Source: Blastocystis sp. subtype 4 (lineage: Eukaryota). From it: 54,865 nt of DNA. The notes beneath the pieces were generated by a model. That model worked only from the letters and a program-made list of their open reading frames with translations, had not been told where the DNA came from and did no database searches. The first letter of the stretch is position 1; each line of letters begins with the position of its first letter. Location of the stretch: positions 1-54,865 of the forward strand of contig NW_014569513.1 in the NCBI RefSeq assembly GCF_000743755.1, given 5' to 3'. This document shows, in pieces, positions 47,908 through 54,865 of this stretch. The position numbers were made by a program, and so were the translations under genes.

Positions 47908-50750
47908 ATGCGTGATTCTATAGTTTATCTCTGCTCTGAAGGGCGGAAATCCACTGTAAAAGTCGATTTAGACACATCTGCATCGAGATTGAAAGAGATT
48001 ATCAATGTAGTGCTTTTGAGTTGCCCCTATCAAAGGTTATTTTTGGTGTTCCGTTTTATTTGCAATGCATGTACTTCAAGGAGATTTGTTTGCATCGTGA
48101 ACTGCGTACCCTTCGTGAGATTGGAATCCGTAATGGATCTGAAATTGATTTTTGCGTTTCTGGAGAAGTTACCTGCTTGAAAGTTCATTTCAAAGATCAA
48201 ACAATTATTCGGAATCGGCCTGAACGTTCTTTAGTGGTGGATGTCTGTCAGGATGTGTTACATGTGGTTACAAGAATTCATTTTAATTGCTAGAGGCTTC
48301 GTAAAGATGGCTATCGGCAGACAAAGGATGAAACACTTCAGCTCACTCTTTATGGACTTCACCTTGATGACAACATCCAATTATGCTCATATCCATTGCT
48401 TCATATCAATCAGGAAGCTGATGTGTATGCTGAAGTTGTACGGTTTCTTGGAGTTGGAAATGGAGGGAATGTGTGACGAATAGATGAAAGATGGTTCTCC
48501 CATTTATGAATGTGGGGATAGTTCTCTCCGTTGGCTTCGTATTCGTTTGGATGAAATGAAGGAAGCGATTGTGAGTGTTCCTGTGGATTTACCAGAAATC
48601 AATGAACAATCCTTTATTGAAGCTACATTGAGTACTATCTTTCTAATTCCTTCTTCGTTGCTGGATGTACGTCGAAGCGATAAAGGTGTGTTTGAAGCAC
48701 GAGTGAAGCTGTCCATTGGTGTGGCAACAATCGATTCATGGATTGAGGGAACGATTCAGGATGTGAATACGTCCTTATCACAGTGTGGAGACGGTGCTTC
48801 AACACAATGTTTTGGATACTCTCCTGCAGAAGCCGTTGCGTATTCTAATGAAGACTCCATTCGTGTTTGTGATGTAGTTCTCAATCATACGACTTTTGTT
48901 CCATTGACAGTAGGAATGATTATGTCCTTCAGCTTTAGACACAATCCATCACCATTCACAATGTACTCACACACACCACAACAGTCCTCGATGCTATTAA
49001 CGGTTCACCGATTTATTCCATCATCCCGACTCTCTTTGTATTCTCGAATAATCTCTTTTACATGTAGAGCGATGCCCCTTATGATTACCATGAAGTAGTT
49101 GAGCATCCCCTATCCGAAGGCCCTGAGTCTCTTCATGCCTATTCTTTGATGGATGCTGCTTCTTCTGTTCGATGTGTCTTCATCAATACAAATGGTCATA
49201 TTTGCGACTCGTGTGATCCAATCGATGATACGCAATTCTATTTGGTTACTACGATGCTAGGACTATCGGATTCATTCCATCTCTGTGGTATTTCTTTTGA
49301 GGTTGATGAGAATATGTTCATTGAATGCAGAGTGGATTGTCAGGAGCAAGACATCGAGCAGTTGAATGTGATGGACTTGCATTCGGTTGTGTTTCACTGT
49401 TTGTTATGTTGGCATGAACTAATGCAAAGATTCATTATCGAGTGGAGAGTGCCTTTATGAGTTGTTGACCTTGATGAACAATAACAACTCAACAGAGCTC
49501 CAACAACTCAATATCTGTCAGAAGTTTATTCAGCGTATTGTCTTTTCGGGTAACATGCAAGTTTGATCATGTCCCTAGATTCTATTCAGGATGTCGAGGG
49601 AGTTGTGCAAGACCCACTTCTGACTCAACAAGACTACGTATTCAGTTTTTCTGAGTTACGCATTCCGTTTTCATTTATTCAGAACTCGTTCCAGATTGTT
49701 TCAGTTCTCTACACAATCAATCATTACTGTGACGATCTAAGTATTGTCTTTGATGGTAAATGATGGAGTGCAATGTGAAGAATAGTGAATGATACTCTGT
49801 TGGCCCCGTGGAATGAGCTCATTCATCACCTTTCACAATATAATCTCCATATGCACACATTTATTCGTGATACACCACTTAATGCATTTTCGTCTCCAGT
49901 ATCTCCTACAATCAATCGAGACACCCTCGTAGGACTGATGCATCAACTCTCAGCATCCCTCCAAGGTGCATCGGCTGGAGATACAATTGATACAGAATCT
50001 CCTCGACCCACTGAACCACTGCTGTTGCTGAAGTCCATGTGTGATAGCATTAACAGCCAGCTGAACAGCACTATGACGATCAAGGATGCAAATGTGCAAT
50101 CGGATGTGGAGTCGTTCCGATGTTGGTCTCAGAAGGTGTGATAATTCGTAGGGACTCAGCGAGGAGGATCTGGATGGGACATTTTCCTTCAGAAGCTGAA
50201 GAATGGTGAGATGAGCACAATTCATCATCTGATGCTGTCTTGTAGGATTATAGATTGAAATATGATTGAAGCTAATAATTTGACACAATCACAGCGACTG
50301 GCGTGCTTTTCGTATTTGAAGCATCAGAATCTGCCATATCTCTCGTCTCTAACTTTGTACCATGACAATTATTCGTTATTCTTCTGTCAGATTCTATTAT
50401 CGAATGAATTTGAGATTCATTTTATTCGTGTTCAGGGTACGAATGAATGAGATGGATGATACAAGATTCGATTCTGGATGTTGATGATGTGAAGGCGATT
50501 ATGGAGTATATGATGCGACCCGACTCCCCATTACGTGTGTTATGGATGGATTGTGGGAATAGGAGGTGAATCTGATGCATAGCGATTCCTCTTAATCGGA
50601 TGATCGATTTGGAGTTATTCAGTGAAGCTGTGAAGAAGTCAAAGTTGAAGTGGATTCGATTAAAGAGTAGATATTTAATTAACTGTGAGATTGTAGATTG
50701 TGGTATTGAGAAGAACATAACATTACAATGGAGTACTCATGTTGTCACTT
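47908..50750 (+). CDS. Multi-exon protein with N-terminal ubiquitin-like domain and C-terminal LRR-like segment
   Basis: VKVDLDTSASRLKEII|..FGVPFYLQCMYF...RTLREIGIRNGSEI resembles UBL; the C-terminus has DVKAIMEYM..PLRVLWM...LKWIRLKNCGI. The single-gene model is inferred. Confidence 0.5.
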
Positions 50751-50754
50751 TCTA

Positions 50755-50762
50755 TGTTTGTT
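50755..50762 (+). terminator. TGTTTGTT 3'-end motif
   Basis: Exact motif; in-frame T50750 is 5 nt upstream. Confidence 0.8.
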
Positions 50763-50841
50763 TCAATCTCTGTATGCTTTATCTCTCTACAATCCGAGAG
50801 GTAAAAACTGTCGAACGAACGTATTAAATCTATCCGCAGTC

Positions 50842-52163
50842 ATGAACTTTCCATTCCAACTATTTCGGCGCCACCTGGATAAGGCGGATATCAATACCTT
50901 GATGAAAATCAAGGTATTCCTGTTTGATTGCGATGGAGTCCTTTGGAAAGGTGCAAAACCTATATCTGGAGCTGTTGAAACTGTAAAATACTTGAAGGAT
51001 AAAGGGAAAAGCGTATTCTATTGCGTAAGCGGTTGTGTCTTGCTTTCCCATATAGACAAACAGTTCTGCAAGAAGCAGAAAAAGTACTGTGGAAAAATTG
51101 AAGAGCTATGGAATATCGTCAACAGTTGACGAGATTATCACGTATATATCAGTTTTCTTTTTTATTCACTAGATCCTCTTATGCAACAGCTCAATATTTG
51201 AAGGAGCATGCCAAAGGAGGAGAAGCATATGTAATTGGTGAACAAGGCATTTATGATGAATTGAATGAGGTGGGAATTCGGTGTCATGGTAAGGAAGACG
51301 AACCAAACGATCTTTCATCGCTCCCTAAACTCAATCCTGCGATCACTTCTGTAGTCGTTGGTTTAGATTCAAATGTGAATTATCTCAAATTGAGCCGTGC
51401 AGCAGCCTATATCCGAGACCGGAATTGTTCGTTTATTGCTACAAATACAGATCCTTCCGATCCAACAGAGGATGGTTTAGTGGTGGGTGCAGCAGGTATG
51501 TACTCGATATGCTTCTAATATAGGCTCTATGGTAAGTGCAGTTAGTGCTATTTGTGGTAAGGGACCTGATGTTGTATTGGGTAAACCAAACCGCGGTTTT
51601 GTGGATATTATTCGTAAACGCCTTCCAGAGTTGGACCCTTGGGATATCCTAATGGTAGGAGATCGACTTGATACTGATATTGCGCTAGCTCGTCAAGTAG
51701 TGTTGTTGTTCTTCTAATTATGTAGAATGGACTAAAGTCCTTGTGTGTTTTAACGGGAATTACACAAGAGACAGACATAGCAAAGTGCAGCGAAGCAATG
51801 GCTCCATTGTTCTACACAGACTCATTAGCAGATATCAGAGACATTTTGGTATTTGGAGAGGACATGACAAATGAAGATGAGGAGAAACAGGCGATGGCGG
51901 AATTGGAGAGACTGAAGCAAGAACGAAGGGAGATGAGACGGAAACAACGCGAAGAAAGAAAGCGAAAGAAGGAGGAGTTGGATAAGGATATCGCAGAAGG
52001 GAAAAAGATGATGCAGGAGGAGTTGGAGAAGATGGAGAAGGAGGAGAAACAGAAGGAGTTGGAGAAGATGGAGAAGGAGGAGAAACAGAAGGAGTTGGAG
52101 AAGGCAGAGGAGAAGCAGGAGAAAATAGAGGAGAAAACGGAAAAAGGGAGCACGAAAGTTTGA
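50842..52163 (+). CDS. HAD class IIA phosphatase (phosphoglycolate / 4-nitrophenyl phosphatase-like) with long charged C-terminal tail
   Basis: FLFDCDGVLW, TNSS after splicing, FIATNTD, LGKP, MVGDRLDTDI, VLTGIT, then an E/K tail containing a 36-nt duplication (52020-52091). Confidence 0.9.
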
Positions 52164-52969
52164 GCGAGGAATTGAAGACATGATCACTTTATTCTCGAAG
52201 TTGTTTGTGAAGTACATTTTATGCAGCAAATCCAATTAGCGAAACAACAGCCCTTAACAGTACTAGTTGCGAAAAATGATGCGCATCAAATGGTTTATTG
52301 TCTCTATTGAGTAGAATAATGCAATTCACAAAAGTAGTAAATAACTAACAAGAGAATACTACAGACAATGTGAAACGAGCAGTGTAAATACACTACGCAC
52401 ACCATAATCATGATTGAAAGGAGCAGAACTCAGGAATCAGAATACGTAATGATAACTTCAAGGACAAACTATCATGCAATTCTTGATAATCAAGACATGA
52501 CACCACTATTCTTGTCTATCTTGTCCAATAAAAGGAGCAATAATACCTCAATATGATTGGACAAAGTGTCATGCATTAGATGTACAATTCCAGAAACCAA
52601 ATGACGTTATATTTGTAGTTATGAAAATGAATTGATTGCATAAGAGTCCCTAGCTACTCTATTTTGTATTATTAACTAAACCAACAATCAAAGTCAAATA
52701 GATTCAACAGTTGTCTGCAATATATAATTTAAAGAATTATCTAATTAATGAACTACAGTATAGTACCTTCTGAAACTTGAACAACGAATTCATGTCAGTA
52801 TACCTCAGATGGTTTACGTACTTTGGACATCTCAATGATGCTAGACACAAAACAGTAAGAACAGTTAGGAATCAATGTCATGCTTATTCATCAAATCACT
52901 GGTAATGCATTCTAATAGAACTCGATTCTAATAGTCATTGCCCTCAAGATTCCATATATTTTTTATGAA

Positions 52970-54865
52970 ATGAATCGTTTTGCATTGTTGCTTACTATTG
53001 GTATCATGTAATAATACACAATTTACCTATAGCTATATTCGCTTCTGCTCTTGATTGTCCTTCTAACCAGGTCTATACAAAGATTACCAAGAAGACAGGA
53101 TATTACGCAAATGAAGAATCGTTTACGATCTATTCTGGTTCAACTATTGTTTATTCCTCTCCTTCACTAACTGATAGTCAAGAAAGAGTGATTGAGGTGT
53201 GTCTGTCCGGTTCTACAAACCATCAGTACACTCTGGAGATGTCCGATGGTTATGGTGATTCTTGGTCTAATGGCGCTTGGATCAAGTTCGAGAGTATCAA
53301 TGGAAATGTGATATACAAGGCAATGATGACTGAAGGGAGAACCCAAACAGAGCCTTTGTCTTTGTATTCTCCCATCAACAAGAATGAGGTATGGAAATAC
53401 ACCGCTAATGCCCCTACAGACTGGAAAGCGATAAACTATGTGGATTCTACTTGGACTAACTACGAAGCAGGTGGTGAAGCAGTAACTGGACAAGGAGTTC
53501 AATACTTCCGTAGACAGTTCACAGGAATTGACAATATGGCTGCTTTTGAATTGCAACTGAACTATCGCTATGGAGTTGTTGCATACATTAATGGTGCTGA
53601 AGTGTATCGAGATAACATGGCTGATGGAACTCCATCGAGTAGTACTCCAGCTACAGGAAGCTATACAACTTGTGACTGCATCGAGTGTTTTGGCTGTTGA
53701 AGTCCATCCAGTGGATCTTACAACTACTGCATTCATTCAATTCAATGGATTCCTCTCACTCATGGCTGGTTTGAGTTCAACAAACAAGTGCTTTGTCGTT
53801 CCAAATGAACTGACTGTTTCAACAACTGGATTCACAAGTCAAGATAACGCTATATCATATACGAGAAGTTCTTCAGCCTACCTCTTTTCTCCTCCTGGTT
53901 CACTCACTTTTGAGATTTCAGGGTCCATTCCTCAAATCAATTCTTTCCGTGTGTGGCCTTATACAAGTCCCACCTTAAGTCCTAGAATGTTTTCAATTGA
54001 AGGTGCCATGTCAACAACATCTAGTTGGCAGACTGTTCTCTCAATTTCTGAACAAACTTATGAATCAAGTACATGGGCTCAATGGGATTTAGTGAGTGTA
54101 CTTCCCAAGTATCCTTTGATTCGATTCAATGCTCAATCATCGCAGTCTGGAAGTGTGTATGTTTATGAGCTGCAATTCCTTGTTTGTAATCGTGCTCCTC
54201 CTACCAGTATATCCTATCCTCAAAATCAGTATTCTTTCTACAGTACTTATGAACAAGTGAATATTGCACCAACAATGCATGGTTACAGTGGCTGTACTAT
54301 CTCTCCTGCACTTCCTTCTGGTGTGACAATGGATGCCAATACCTGTATCATTTCTGGAGTTTCAACTGTTGCCTCTCCATCGACATCCTATCAGATTACA
54401 TCAACAATGGGAACAACCTCACTTCAGACTTCAATCAGTATTGCATTCATTGAATGTACTGGAGCATTTTATAAGATTGTTCGAACTTACGAAAGTAGTC
54501 CTCAGAATGAGTATTTCAGAATTCGTGATTCATCCAATGATAACATTGTATATGAGGTTCAATCTGGTCATACTCATCCTGCTAATCTTGATTGGGAAAT
54601 GTATTTGTGTATTACTGTTGAGCGATTCGATGTCACCTTCTATTCCACATCAACTGCTTGGATGTCTAGTTCATATTATTACATGTATGCTATGTTGCCT
54701 GATGGTGAACAGGAGATGGTAGTGAAGGGTCGATATGACAACTATCAGAATAGTATAAGCAATGTGTATGTTCGTCGTCCTTCTATCAATCATTCAGAAG
54801 AATGGTATTATAAGATGGGTGAAGTGCCTACCAATTGGTTTGGTGATGATACATCAGGTTGGTCT
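52970..54865 (+). CDS. Large secreted/surface protein of an expanded family (beta-sandwich and putative Ig domains), 3'-truncated by the window, with a frameshift near 53671
   Basis: Signal peptide MNRFALLLTIAIFASA, MSDGYGDSWSNGAW, YRYGVVAYINGAEVYRDNM, VLAVEVHP (in a shifted frame), ISPALPSGVTMDANTCIISG. Open to the window end. Confidence 0.7.

Noticed and set aside
793..52163. Alternative genetic code or stop readthrough to explain fragmented ORFs
   Set aside because: In-frame stops and frame changes are resolved by ~30-nt GT-AG introns wherever I checked.

Overview
Very gene-dense eukaryotic nuclear DNA with about 33 protein-coding genes and 3 tRNA genes. Most genes are broken by tiny (~29-34 nt) GT-AG introns, and many end just upstream of a TGTTTGTT-type motif. 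This combination points strongly to Blastocystis, an anaerobic gut stramenopile; the assignment is inferred from sequence style. I spliced the gene models by eye, so exon boundaries and some starts are approximate. Main highlights: (1) a ~900-aa protein with a full but apparently catalytically dead ArgJ/ornithine-acetyltransferase fold behind a long N-terminal extension with NLS-like motifs; (2) eight genes whose stop codon appears to be made by polyadenylation, plus five whose genomic TGA/TAG would be rewritten to UAA; (3) a legumain-like protein with Cys->Ser at the nucleophile; (4) an FtsH/AFG3-type protease with no transmembrane segment; (5) an internally duplicated, bacterial-type UxaA/GarD dehydratase; (6) two rare long introns, each filled by 24-nt tandem repeats; (7) a frameshifted surface-protein gene that a modal-size 31-nt cryptic intron could rescue.
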